From contig JALAGF010004397.1 in NCBI GenBank assembly GCA_030167865.1, forward strand, positions 1-49,443: a stretch of 49,443 nucleotides of DNA, written 5' to 3'. Shown one piece after another: positions 12,141 to 23,900 of the stretch (position 1 is the first letter of the stretch; each line of letters opens with the position of its first letter). Below the pieces are notes generated by a model. That model was not told the DNA's origin. It did no database searches and saw only the letters and a program-made list of their open reading frames with translations. The position numbers and the translations under genes were made by a program. Source of the DNA: Craspedostauros australis (lineage: Eukaryota).

Positions 12141-12821
12141 CTTCTCAGGACCTTCTTTGTCTGTCCTCTCTGCTTTTCCTTGTACCAATGTATTGCAATA
12201 TAAAACTAGAATAGAATATATTATTCTATTCTAATATGTACAAATTGAAATGTAGTGCACAATATTGTACTTCTGCGTACTGTCCGGAAGTGCACCTAAT
12301 CCAGAGAGTATTCTTGTTCGATACAATGCAACTCTTTCAGGAAGACTATTATCTTGCTCTGTCGGTATGTGTACGGCGCGCTCTTGTGATTGTTTTCTTG
12401 GTTTCTTGGTCTGTGGGGTTTGGCGGGGTTGTTGTTGGTTTTGTTGTTGTTGTTGTTGGCGGTTCGATCCTGTTCTCTGAATGATACCACGCTTTCGCTA
12501 TACTGCATGTGTAGTACCTTCGTCAAGCGAATGACACACAAGAAAGACAAATGTCCAAGGATGCGACAAATCCACACCAGAACGCAAATGCTTACGTGGG
12601 TCATTCTCTGACCAACAGGGAGGCACACAACACCTCTTGTCGCTGCTTGGTCATCACATCTTCATCTCCACAGCCATAGCCATAGCCATCACCATAACCA
12701 TCACCATCACCATCGCTATTGTGGGGATCGTTATCGCAACCCATCGATCCATTTCATCACCACTCACAGAATCAGCATCACTCACAGCATCACTCACAGT
12801 GCTATCGACAACACCGACAAC

Positions 12822-13589
12822 ATGACAAGCACCGCCACAGACGACAACAACACCGTCCCCGTGTACGTGCTGTACGGTTCCCAGACGGGCAACTGCGAAC
12901 AGCACGCCATCGACTTCTGCGGATACTTCAAGGACGAGGCCAAGAAGCTCGGCAGCGACCACACCCTCGACACGCACCACCTGCAGCTCGATGACTTCCT
13001 CGAGATGCAATTCGCCGACTTCCCCAAGACGGGAGCCCTGCTCGTCATCTTCGTCAGCAGCTACGGCGTCGGCCAGGCTCCGCTGGGTGCCTACCGATTC
13101 CGCGATGTCTGCGACCAGTGGAACGAAAGCGCCGCGACCGGACAGCCGATGAAGGGACTGCACTACGCCATGTGCGGTTTGGGCGACAGCATGTACCCCA
13201 CCTTCTTCCAGAATCCCACGGAAATCGATCTCGCCCTCACCAAGGTGGGCGCCAAGCGCATCGGTGCGCTGGGCAAGGCCGACGCCAGCCAGTCCGGCGA
13301 CGATGCGCAGGACAAGGTCGTGCAGCGCTGGCGCAAGGCGATCGTCAAGCCCCTGCTCGATGCCATCCCGGACATCCGCGCCGTCACGCCGCAGCGGCTC
13401 AAGGAGATGCAGCAATGCGTCATGGAGATCGTGGTGAGGCTCGATCCCGAGATCGAGCTCCCCGACGGTCTCGACATTCCCAATGCACCCACCAAGTCGA
13501 AGGGCGGCATGTCGCAGACTCTCCTGCTGGCGGGCGGCGCCATCGCGGTGGGTACTGCGGCCATGGCTCTGTCCAGCACGTCGCAGTAA
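12822..13589 (+). CDS. Stand-alone flavodoxin-like (diflavin-reductase-type FMN-binding) protein with hydrophobic C-terminal tail, 255 aa
   Basis: FMN-binding motifs VLYGSQTGNCEQHA, VIFVSSYGVGQAP, YAMCGLGDSMYPTF and LTKVGAKRIGALGKADAS. C-terminal LLLAGGAIAVGTAAMALS. No FAD/NADPH domain and no N-terminal targeting peptide. Confidence 0.88.
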   Translation: MTSTATDDNNTVPVYVLYGSQTGNCEQHAIDFCGYFKDEAKKLGSDHTLDTHHLQLDDFLEMQFADFPKTGALLVIFVSSYGVGQAPLGAYRFRDVCDQWNESAATGQPMKGLHYAMCGLGDSMYPTFFQNPTEIDLALTKVGAKRIGALGKADASQSGDDAQDKVVQRWRKAIVKPLLDAIPDIRAVTPQRLKEMQQCVMEIVVRLDPEIELPDGLDIPNAPTKSKGGMSQTLLLAGGAIAVGTAAMALSSTSQ

Positions 13590-16500
13590 CCAACGCTCTC
13601 CGGAGAGGATTGGTGCTTTGTAGTTGGCGTGAAACTCGGGATTCAACCCATTCACGTATGGTCCGTGAGAGAAACAGTTGTTCGTGATCTTCATTCGTCC
13701 GATAACGTGTTTGTCACCTTTCGTTCGCCTATTGTTCATCAATCTACAATGCAACATTGGGTCTAGAGAGAGAGAGAGAGACAGGATGGACTCCCGTTCT
13801 TACAGCGTGTCACTCCCCCAGACCAACTCCGCCACGCGCCACCTAAAACGTTCCAAGGCTTCACGCCATCGCGAACATCCCAATCGCACATGAAACACGC
13901 TTCCAGGTACGCCAGACTGACATAGTCGGGTTCAATGCAGCTTTCACCTGAGTGTATTGGCAATCATCCACTCGCACCCGTGTGCGAGTATTGCGCGGTA
14001 CCCCAGCAGAGAGAAGAGGACAGCGGATGCTGTTTGATGGGGGTGAATTGGCACCGTCCCCATGCCATACCATGCATCGAGGAAGATGGTAATGAGGATG
14101 AAGCCAACCTGCGAGGCATCGCATCGTCACAGCGACGCTCCGTGCAAAGAAGGAACCGATTAGCTTGTATTCTACCAGCTATTTACTTGTACGGCGAAGA
14201 ACGCCAATTTGTGCACTCCAGAGTCGACTGCTCCTAAGCAATGTTCCCCATGTCCCGAGTTGTTGGTTTGCTCGCTGGCTCGCTTGCCGTTACATCCTTT
14301 CTTCACTTCTTCGCTTCTGTTGCTGATGGATGAAGTGGTGTCACCCCAAAGTCTTCCGAGAAGTCACCACGATTACTGTTGATGCGAGTATTGCACCCTC
14401 CCATCCCTTCTTGCAACCGGAGGCGACGGGAACAATTTGCCTTTTGAGTGTACAATACTCCAGAGAGGTACTCTTGCCGCACTCGTAGGTATGAAACGAG
14501 CAAATTGACCTTCTGCTCCAAACACTCTTACAGGTGCCCAAATCCGACCTCGTCGTATTGCATTTTCCTTCACGCTCTGACTCCAGAGAGAGAGTTGCGT
14601 TGCTGTGAAGGGATTCCATCGAAGTGCGGCAGAACGGCTCTCAAGATGCTTGTCGGCGTGGTAATGTACTGCAGCGGAGGTAGGCCATGGTGGGAGGGTT
14701 GATAGGTCACACATTCGGTGGCAGCACATCGAAAACTTTGCATTTGCATCTTGCATTTGCATTTGCGTAGCGGGACCACGCGGACATGGGGAGTGACGAT
14801 CTGCAAGGAACAGCATGCTTCATTCATGTTGGTGTTGAAGTCCAAGGGGGCCATTCTCTGTGAACCGCAAGCGCTATCCGGAGTGGCCATTGCCTTGACC
14901 ATGTGATCGGATGCGATCAACATGTAAGAAAAAAAAACACACTGCGAAGAAACGATTCGTTGGATGAGAGCGCAAAAGGGCGCCAAGCGACCAATAGAGA
15001 TGCACACACTTCAGATGGGCAGATGGGCAGATAGACAGATGGATAGAGAGACAAGTAAACCGAGGGCATTACCATGTGCCGGACGCGCGAGGGCAACGCT
15101 TTGTCGACAAGGGGTTTCGACCTTGCAAGCGAATTTGCGCTGCGTCGGACACCTGGAATGGTTCGGATCGGAAGAAGAGAAAGCAGAAACGCTTCGCGTC
15201 AACATTCAAACGACGGTAAGTCGTTGGTTTTCATACGCACTCCTTCCTGTCTGGTACGACTATGGTACGAGTAGTGCAGTAGCGCAGTGGCGCAGCCTCC
15301 CATTTTGGACGTCGCAGGCCGTGAACTGCCCATCGCACAGGTGGTCTCGAATTAGTTCAAAACGTGAGGCCATGTTGACGCCACAGTCGATCCCTGCACC
15401 AAGCCAAACGGACACGCCGCCTCCTCTCACCATGTGACGTTGATGGTGGGTTATGTGTGATGAGGAACCGCTGCCCAAAGAAGAAGAACCAACGTGTGCG
15501 TTTGTGGGATGTGACTCCGCTCAACCTGTGCCTCGAGAAGGCAGAACCGCCTTCCTTCATCTCGCTGAACCATTCCCTGACGATAAAACAAGACAAGACT
15601 TCAACAAGGCTGGGACCAGGCTGTTGCGGATGTTGCGCTTTGTGGGAATCGTCCCAATCCAGACCAACTGGGAACCGACAATCGCAGCGTGTTCAGTACA
15701 GGTCGTTGCCCATCACGTTTGCAACAGGAGAGACGCTCGGGAAAATGAAGCACATCCACGAATTGGCTTTGTCCGTCACCCATGTCCAGGTTGTTCCTTG
15801 GTGCTCCCAAAGGACTATTTTTCCTCTGCACAACTTCGCATCGTGTCTGGATTTGTCGTTTCTGTTCGACAAATTGTGTTGGCGCTGTCCTGTGCTTCAA
15901 TTTGTTCTGCTCCTTGTTGCGGACCACGCCTGTGATGGGTGAAACCAAACCTGCTTAGGCACAGCACAACAGCATCCACGACCACTCCGTTGTCATGTGA
16001 CCACTGGTGCGGTACCAAGGGTGGAACAATCCCCCGCTGCTCTGCGACCGCGAGGGCGAGTCTGAGGAACCACAAACCGCAACACGCGTCGTGTCTGGAC
16101 GAAAACACAGCGTTGATGATGTGGAAGTTCTGGGTTCTGGGTTGGTTGACTCGATGTTGCGTTGATTTTTGCCATCGGGGAGCGAGGAAGAGGAAGGTCA
16201 CGACGTGACAACACTGAGACATGCCATGTTTCTTCCACACAGCAAGCATCGCATTAGCGCGAACGCTTCGCGGCAACTCTCACACGCCACAACAAAGTCC
16301 TACTTCCAGAAACGCAACCATTCCGCCGAAAGCGAAGAAGTCGGAATGTCAACATCTTGTACTCGGAGTACACGAGCCAGTCCTCACCCATCACTCATCC
16401 AAGGTTCTCTCGCTCCCCCCTGCCAATTTCTTCATGTTTCCGACCATCACATCCCCCACCACCATTCCGTGCCATCCTTTCGGCAGTCTGTAAGGCTAAG

Positions 16501-18435
16501 TACTGTGGCAAGTTTCCGTCGTGAAGGAAGAAACGCGGACACGACCTGTGGCTTTGCGCATGGACAAGTTCATGATGGCATGCACCGAGGTGTCAGACTA
16601 TGGATGAAATCGAGTCTCCAGCCATGCGCATGCATGTCAGCTCGACTGTGGGCGACCGTTAGTGGGTGGGCAGTTGCATAACTTGTAGTTGTTCTGCGCG
16701 AAAGATTGGAAGACTGGTTGGGAGGGCCGAACGCGGGGTGATCGCTCATTGGTGGTTGGTAATACTCTGGGCATGAACAAATCACGTACGCGTAGGCCTG
16801 GTGTGGCATGACATGATGCTTGTGCAAGTTGGCGTGACATCTCATTGGAACTTCTCACTCCTTTCGCGAAGCTCGTTCTGTGGAACCATGTGGGAGGCGA
16901 AGTTTGTGAAGGAAGCACCATACTAGACTACTCTACTTTCACTGGTGCAGCGACGCATGGCATAGTCGTGCAAAGGGGAGTGCGTGTCAGCGGCTTTTCA
17001 CGGTTTCGTAGACCAATCACCAAAGAGGGACATTCACGAGAACCACAGTCACATCTGCGGCCACAGCCGCGATCATGATCACGATCACAACTGTCACCAC
17101 AGTCACCGCACCAGCGGCACAGCCACAACTGCGATCACGGCAACAGCGAGGAGTGATATCGTACCATGCATTGCATTTGTTTGATGCCACCCACTGGCGA
17201 CGATTCCGGATCGCCAGACTCCCACCAGTCTCTCACAACAAGAGAGCCGTTGTTGGTCTGCAATTGGCTGCATCCATTCCGTTCGCTCCAAAGACCGATA
17301 CGGAAGCAATTTGTGTGATGTCTTCATCCCTGTTCTCCATCAATGCCACACTCGCACAGTTGCACTCGTGCGATCGCCTGTGTTGTTGCCGTTGCCTTTG
17401 TGGAAGCGGAGATTGGGAATCAGAGATGACACCACAAAGCAGAGGGGGCGTATTGAGATGCAGAGGGACAAACACACATAGCGCATGGAGTTGCATTCCT
17501 CGACCTTGGGTCGTGTCGTACCACATTGCTGTGCCATTGCACCCGAGTAGAGTATATATGAGTACTGTGCCCAAGATGTTACGAAGTTTACCAGAGTGGT
17601 TGTCCGTCAAGCCAGAAACATCTATGCGGCGAGGTTTCCTGAATGCCGATGGGAGATGCACGCAAGATGTTGCTGTGGAGATGCATTTCGAGCTGCTTCG
17701 CGAACAGAGGACGGCAGAGCAGGATAATCCTATCCACACTGCGCTCCGTTCAAATGTACCAGCACCCTCTCCTGTTTTGGACGGAGAGACATGGAGCGGG
17801 CGGAAACAACCCATCGTTGGAGTCCTTAATAATAGAGTAAGTACCGTGACGCTGCTGCTCGTGTTTATGTAATAATATATAATATTGTATATCTCAGAGT
17901 ATGTGTACTATCTTGGTAGAAGTGCAGGCATGTCGTTTGTTTGTATCAATACATGTATCCATAGAGCACCGCCATTGCCGTCATAGTTACCGTGGCCGCC
18001 GCGGTCGGCGCTGTCGTCAGCTGTCTTGCTTGGGCTCTTTTGTCGTTGGCCTGAAGCGTCCATCCACCCCACACCACGCGTCGCCGCTTTGGTCTCTTGC
18101 CACCCACCTCGGCGACATTCCATTCCGTCTAGCTCCGGCATTCCCCGACGGAGCAAGGAGCAGGAAGCTCACGATGATTGATTGAGGAGTGGGGTCGCAC
18201 GCAACGGCTCTGATTCGATTGGCTTTGGCAACCCGCCGACATCGCCAAGAAACTCCATTTCGACACAAGGCTTGTGTGCCCGGAGGTTGGTTTGAGGTTC
18301 CGGATGGTGTCCGTGATGTCTTCTTTGCAAAGTACTGACTGTGGGGTAGTGCGCACCCTCACCCTTGTGTGGCATTCTCTCCTTCCTGATATCGTGCCAA
18401 GTCACACTTTTACGTATGCCACACGTACGTATGTA

Positions 18436-20265
18436 TCAAGATGGATACAATCCCGTGGGGTGCGTGCCATCGTTCTGTTGGATGCTCTCCAGCAAAGCGA
18501 GGATTTGGTCAGACGTTGATTGGGTGGGATGAGAACGCGTTGCCCGTTCATTGCGGGATCGGACGAATGATCGTTGCAGTTGCTGATGCAAGTGAATGGG
18601 AGATTGCGAAGCAAACTGCATGGGCAAGTGCGATGATGATTGCACCTGCACCTGCGATGATGATTGAAGGGATACTTGCAATGACGGCTGAGCGTGCATT
18701 CGTGGCTGTTGTTGTTGCTGCTGTGGTTGCGCTTGAAGCAACAGCGATTGGACTTGCTGGGCGAGAGGATGATCCCTGGGCATACCGACGTTGCTTGGCA
18801 TCTTGTTGTTGACAGCGCTGTGCAGGAGCGCATCGAGCAAGGCGTTGTGTTGAGCATTGACTTGCTGCAGAGCCCCTTCCACGAGCAGTCTGCGTGCTGA
18901 CTGCTCTTCCAAATGGCGCCGCTCGTCTGCCCGATGTATTGCGTGGAGCCGTTCCAGGACGAGGGAGACGTGCGGGTCCACCAGAGGTCCAGCCCCCGCC
19001 ACGGAGGGTTGCAAGGATGCTTGTGTGGCGGCTGCTAGAGACTGCACCGGGGCCAGGTTGGCTCCCATCTGAAGATGCGCGACAGGAGCGGATTTGAGAT
19101 CGAGCAGTGATCGTCGCTGGTCAATACGTCCAAGGAACATGGGAGAAGTGACAGCAGCGTTGATTGGCCCTGGATGCAGCAAGTTCTTTGACCTCGACAT
19201 TGCGCCTGCTGCCTGACGTGCATCGAAGGGCTTCACTACGCCCATGCTGATGCCCAGGCCCATGCTCTTGTCGTGGTGCCGGTGGTAGGCCTCGCCCTCG
19301 AGCTCTCGGGTGTGTACGCGGGGATGAGTAGCACGATTGTCATTTCGGGGCGCGCACATTTTTCGTGCAGCAGCCATGATGGTGGAGTGCACAGCCATGT
19401 CTCCAGTGGCATGTGGTACGCCACCACTGCCTTGGCCACCGTGGCTGGCGTTGGCACTATCTGCGTCATCTTCTTGCTGTTCGTCACCTCCAGCATACCG
19501 AAGAGCCAGCTTCACCTTTTGATGGATGGTGACAGGATCTTGTACGACCTCGAAGGGGCCACGGATGGTGGTCCTGCCCTTTGCCTTGTTGTCGATGGTG
19601 GTTGCTGCCGCCATGTCGGCGTCGCCGCCCTTGGGCGCATCGCTTGTTTTCGCCAAGGCTGAGGTTTGCCCTGATGGTGGCAATGTCGTTCCCATTGCCG
19701 TGGCTGGTACCGCTGCCGTAGGTGTTGCCGTTGCCCCAGGCGATGGCGACTTGACGCGTCTGAGGAAGCGAGTCTTCTTTCTGTGAACCAGAGCAAGGGC
19801 CTTTCGCACGATGTTTCTTCGTTCGGACCGAGTCGCGGCGTTCTTGTAGCCCTCGGCGTACCTGCGCATGAGTTTGCGGAAGACCTTGTTGCCAGGGTTT
19901 TCGTTGGGGCCCGTTCCCCTGCCAAACAGGACGTCGTTGGGTTGGATCGTGAACACAATACTCCTGCTTTGTGGTTGGGAGACGGCCTCCTCAGTGTTTG
20001 TGATTGCACCAGTCGGAGCACTGTTGGGGTTGGTCTTCATCTGCGCCACCCCTGACTCTCTTGCGACAACAGGTGGAACTGAGCTCTTGGATTGAACGAT
20101 CATGGCGCTCTCGGTTGCGCGCAGTTGAGATCGGCTGTGGTCGAGACTGACCTTGGGACGGGGATGGTGCTTCTGTTGATGTTGCTCTGTGAGGATTGAA
20201 GGTGATGGCAAGGCAGGTTGGGTTTGCGCTTGTCGTCGATACTCACTGTCAGTGTTGGAAGGCAT
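18436..20265 (-). CDS. DUF6824-type domain protein (diatom-expanded, putative regulator), 609 aa
   Basis: Motif NDVLFGRGTGPNENPGNKVFRKLM...YKNA...RFLRR...FEVVQD...KVKLALR matches the DVLxGRG...GN..FR...RFL...KVxQALR pattern. Gln-rich C-terminus. Confidence 0.8.
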   Translation of the reverse strand: MPSNTDSEYRRQAQTQPALPSPSILTEQHQQKHHPRPKVSLDHSRSQLRATESAMIVQSKSSVPPVVARESGVAQMKTNPNSAPTGAITNTEEAVSQPQSRSIVFTIQPNDVLFGRGTGPNENPGNKVFRKLMRRYAEGYKNAATRSERRNIVRKALALVHRKKTRFLRRVKSPSPGATATPTAAVPATAMGTTLPPSGQTSALAKTSDAPKGGDADMAAATTIDNKAKGRTTIRGPFEVVQDPVTIHQKVKLALRYAGGDEQQEDDADSANASHGGQGSGGVPHATGDMAVHSTIMAAARKMCAPRNDNRATHPRVHTRELEGEAYHRHHDKSMGLGISMGVVKPFDARQAAGAMSRSKNLLHPGPINAAVTSPMFLGRIDQRRSLLDLKSAPVAHLQMGANLAPVQSLAAATQASLQPSVAGAGPLVDPHVSLVLERLHAIHRADERRHLEEQSARRLLVEGALQQVNAQHNALLDALLHSAVNNKMPSNVGMPRDHPLAQQVQSLLLQAQPQQQQQQPRMHAQPSLQVSLQSSSQVQVQSSSHLPMQFASQSPIHLHQQLQRSFVRSRNERATRSHPTQSTSDQILALLESIQQNDGTHPTGLYPS

Positions 20266-22645
20266 GTTTATGAGGCACCCGTGTCAGGCAAGAGAAAGAA
20301 CTTGGTGTGAACGTATTTTATTTGTTGTGGGTGTGCAAGTATGGTCCTCTCTCGCAGCGAAGTCCCCCTCCTTCGTACTGCCAGAAGTGTTGCAAGATGA
20401 TCGATCACACGCGCAGTATCAGCCAGCGTCAGTCGATGCAAATAGCATGTGAGGATCCGTGTTTGTTCTTGGTGTCAATCGAATCGGCTTGATTTGGTTG
20501 CTTCGATTTGTTTGGGAAGAATGACGCGGAATGAATTGTGCTGGTAGTAGCGCGCAGCATTCTTCCCCATTCTGCCCCAAAAACCCATGGCCACTATTCA
20601 CGCTCTTACCTTCGTAGAATGTCGCCTCTCGATGTCTGTTGTCGCGTCTCCTTTTGCGGAAGGCAATTTGCCCCTGTTGTTATCGTTTCAGTCACACAAA
20701 TTATGCCGTGGTGGTGCTCTTTGTTGGGTTGTTGTTGGTTGGGACGTCAGAAGCGCTTTTTATGGGAACACACGGGGATGTCCCTTTCCTGGGCGTCCAA
20801 AGCTGTTCTTCGCTCCACGCGTGGTCTGGTTCAATGAGCCAACAATGTGGTTCCCGAACCAGCCACAACGGACGCAAGGCAGTGTGGAATCTCTGCACCA
20901 ATGCTTCCATCAGTCAAGGAAGAGAGAGAGAGAGAGAGAGAGGAGGCCTCATGAGGAGAAGTAGCGAGAAGCGGAAGCGGGCGTCTCTGGACGTACGCGA
21001 GGAGGAAGCAGGACAAAGGCGAGTGAGCGCACGACACTCGCACCTCTCAAGAAATGCTGTCCTGACGACTGTCGCGGTGAATGTGATTCGTCGATTGTCC
21101 CTCTATTGCCCATTCGACTTCAAGTTGCGCTTAGCTCCGTCCCCCAATCGCCAATGACCGACTGCACGAACCATGGAGAGAAGTTGCAGCGTGAAATGAA
21201 TTGCATTTCTTTGTGACCAGCGCGAACACGACCAACAACCGAAGCACCCGCCAGCAATAGGTCGCGGCCAAGTAACAACAAAAAGCCACCCACGCACACC
21301 CGAAGCCCAACCAGCCAGTTTTTATCACTGTCGAATGTACGCATTTGTCTGGAGGAGGTAGAATGCACGTTACGAAATGACAGACAATGACAAACAATGA
21401 CGCGGCAGTGCAAGTTGCAGCCGAAGGGAACAAGGCTTTAAGCCCCTCCTCACACGGAATTGTCCAGCAATGCGCGATCGCCATACATGGAGGTACGACT
21501 ATTGGCGGAGCAGCGCATCCGATCGTGTGGTGGTGAATGCATGAGAAGGAACTGCTCTGCCTGGGAGGCCGTACCTGCATCACAAGCATTTGCATGTACT
21601 CTTCCAGATGCTCACCGGATTACCGAGGGAATGGCTTGAGCCTCCAACTTCAACGATTCTTCAGTTACAAACCTGACTCTCTGCACCACCGGCTCCGCAG
21701 AAGTTCCAACGAAATGTGCCCCTCTTGCACATACAGACTGCCATCCCTCTCTCTTGCTTTCTCTTTCTCTTTGCACATAGCTGGTTGGGTGGCTGCGCAG
21801 CAGACCTGCGATGCGGCTTGGCCACCAGGACTTCATCCATCCATTTCCCCCTCCAGAGGGAGAGAGAAACGGCGGCCTCTCCACCTCCAGAATTTCTGTT
21901 CTCTGCTCTCTATTTGGAGACTTCTCTGTCCACATTTGTGAGGAGGCGCGGACACAGAGGCGTCAACGTGCAAAGCGCATGAAACTGGAGAACTGCCATC
22001 AAGCAGCAGAGGTTTGCAAACATTTGCACCCTCATGGTACGATACTATGATGCCATATTCGCTGCTGCGTGCGTTGGTACGCTGCGGTTCGAGTACTCTG
22101 GAGTATACTCGTGTGGTACTATCCCGGACAGCTGTCGCTCCAGAATGGTTGACCGCTATTGAGCGCGGAAAAGAAGAGCGTCTCCTCGTGTGATGGTCGC
22201 GCTTTTTGCTTCGCGGCAGCGGCCTCTTTGCCTGGTTTTTGGCGTTTGGGTGGTCCCGCAAACCCAGGTGTGATGCGCCTTGCAAGCCAGTGGTACGTAC
22301 AGGATGAGACGTTCGTTTTGGTTGGAATGTCCTCAAGTTGTTCCGGGCAGTGCCACAAGCGGCTCTCCACCCACGAGCACATTCGAGTTGTTACCAATGA
22401 AGCACCCAGCCGACCACTCGAAGTGTATGAGGTCGGTCTCCAGTAGAAAGTTGTGAGTAAGGTACCATGCATGCGCGTTCTTACTCGCGCATACATATAT
22501 ATATATGGGTGGCATCATGGCTCCCGGTGGTGCTCTCTCTCTCTAATACTCCATGATCCTGTGTTTGTGCGCGATTCACTGAAGCACGTACTATATAGCT
22601 TTCTATACTATAATATTCTATGATAATACATAATATAATAGTATT

Positions 22646-23900
22646 CTATAATATGTTATTTTTGGACATCGGCGATTGCCCAGTGCCGTTGGCGGAGGGA
22701 TCAATCGCGGCGTCCGCACCTGGGACGAGAGGTGTCCGAGCCTGTTCCTCTGCGTATCCATGGCATACTACGTCATAGCATTTGAGATATGTGCTGATTG
22801 CGTCGACGTGTTGGCGCATCCTACTGCCACTCTTGTTGAATGCATTGTTTGGAGACGCAGGAGAGTTGAAGGTGAGACCAATCGACCGGAGGATTGGAAA
22901 CAGCACATCCTCTCTTTGTCGCTCAGCAGGTGTCATTCGATTACGCCAAGTAAAGAACAATATCCATCTTGCGGGCAATGGATGCCACCGCTGCCCAATG
23001 TTCGTTTGGGGGTACAGCATGGGTGCGGGTCCTCAACAGAGAACACGAGCAGAAGGCTGTACCATAGTCCACCTCAACCCGAAGTCGCCATAGTGTACTA
23101 TTTGTAGGTCTGCTATCTGTGGATCTCGCTGCGGATGTGCTAGCGATGATTTTCTCTGCGGGGGTGCTGGCCATGCTTGAACACGAATCTATTCTACGAA
23201 TAATACTAGGTGTGCTGTATGGGATGCGACACACGAGCGAGGTTCTGTCTCATTCAACCACACCATCATCAAGCGCCACCAACGGCGATGCCTAGCGGTG
23301 GCATGTTCAGAGTACGACCTCCTTCCGTTGCCGCTCCATATTCTGCCTCATTTTCCTCCATATAGTACTGATTTGGATGTTCTGCGGAGTACCAGACGGT
23401 GTATTGCTCAACCACACCAGTACGACTTTTCCGTGATACGTATGGCACGAGCATGAGCTATGCATCTATGCATCTTTCCACAGTGTGTAGAATACTCGCA
23501 CAAGTGCTGAGAACTTGGAGATGGAGGCCTATCTGCAGAGGCCTTGATTGAAGTTGATCTTGTTCCCCACAACGAACGAAGCCAGAACGAAGCCGAAACC
23601 AAGACAGTCCAAGCATTTCCTTCCACCAGGACTCGGGTGACCACGAAAGCAATGCCTCCTGCAGCACTTCATTTGTGCCATTACCAAGCATCGCGTTACA
23701 GGGATAGGCAGGCCCCTCTGTTCGTCCATGTCTCTCAGGCGAGCAGACAAAATACGGGTAGAGCGATTCCGGTGCAATGTTGAGGTTCCGCTATGGGTCG
23801 TTCGACTAGTCGTGCCCGCCGGTACGAGACACACGCAACTGGCAGTATCTTGGGCAGTAGGAGTATGTGCCATCCGAGGCATCATCCACCACAAGCGTGC
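22646..23900 (-). pseudogene. Possible decayed gene of unknown family
   Basis: One minus frame from about 23900 to 23269 has only three internal TAG stops (23808-23806, 23793-23791, 23460-23458) and reads as protein-like. A second protein-like ORF (23020-22646) follows in another frame and ends at an AT-rich, 3'UTR-like stretch. No family recognised. Confidence 0.25.

Noticed and set aside
12822-13589. Iron-starvation plastid flavodoxin, or full cytochrome P450 reductase / NO synthase
   Set aside because: No bipartite plastid presequence, motifs are of the diflavin-reductase type, and no FAD/NADPH or oxygenase domain is present.
9035-13589. SQD2 + cytochrome b5 + flavodoxin as a sulfolipid biosynthetic cluster
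   Set aside because: SQD2 is plastid-targeted and needs no redox partner, while the other two lack plastid presequences; proximity alone is insufficient.
13700-18400. Several 100-265 aa ORFs (e.g. 15453-15935, 17075-17872)
   Set aside because: No recognisable motifs, mutually overlapping frames and Cys/Arg/Ser-rich random-like composition; cannot be supported as genes.
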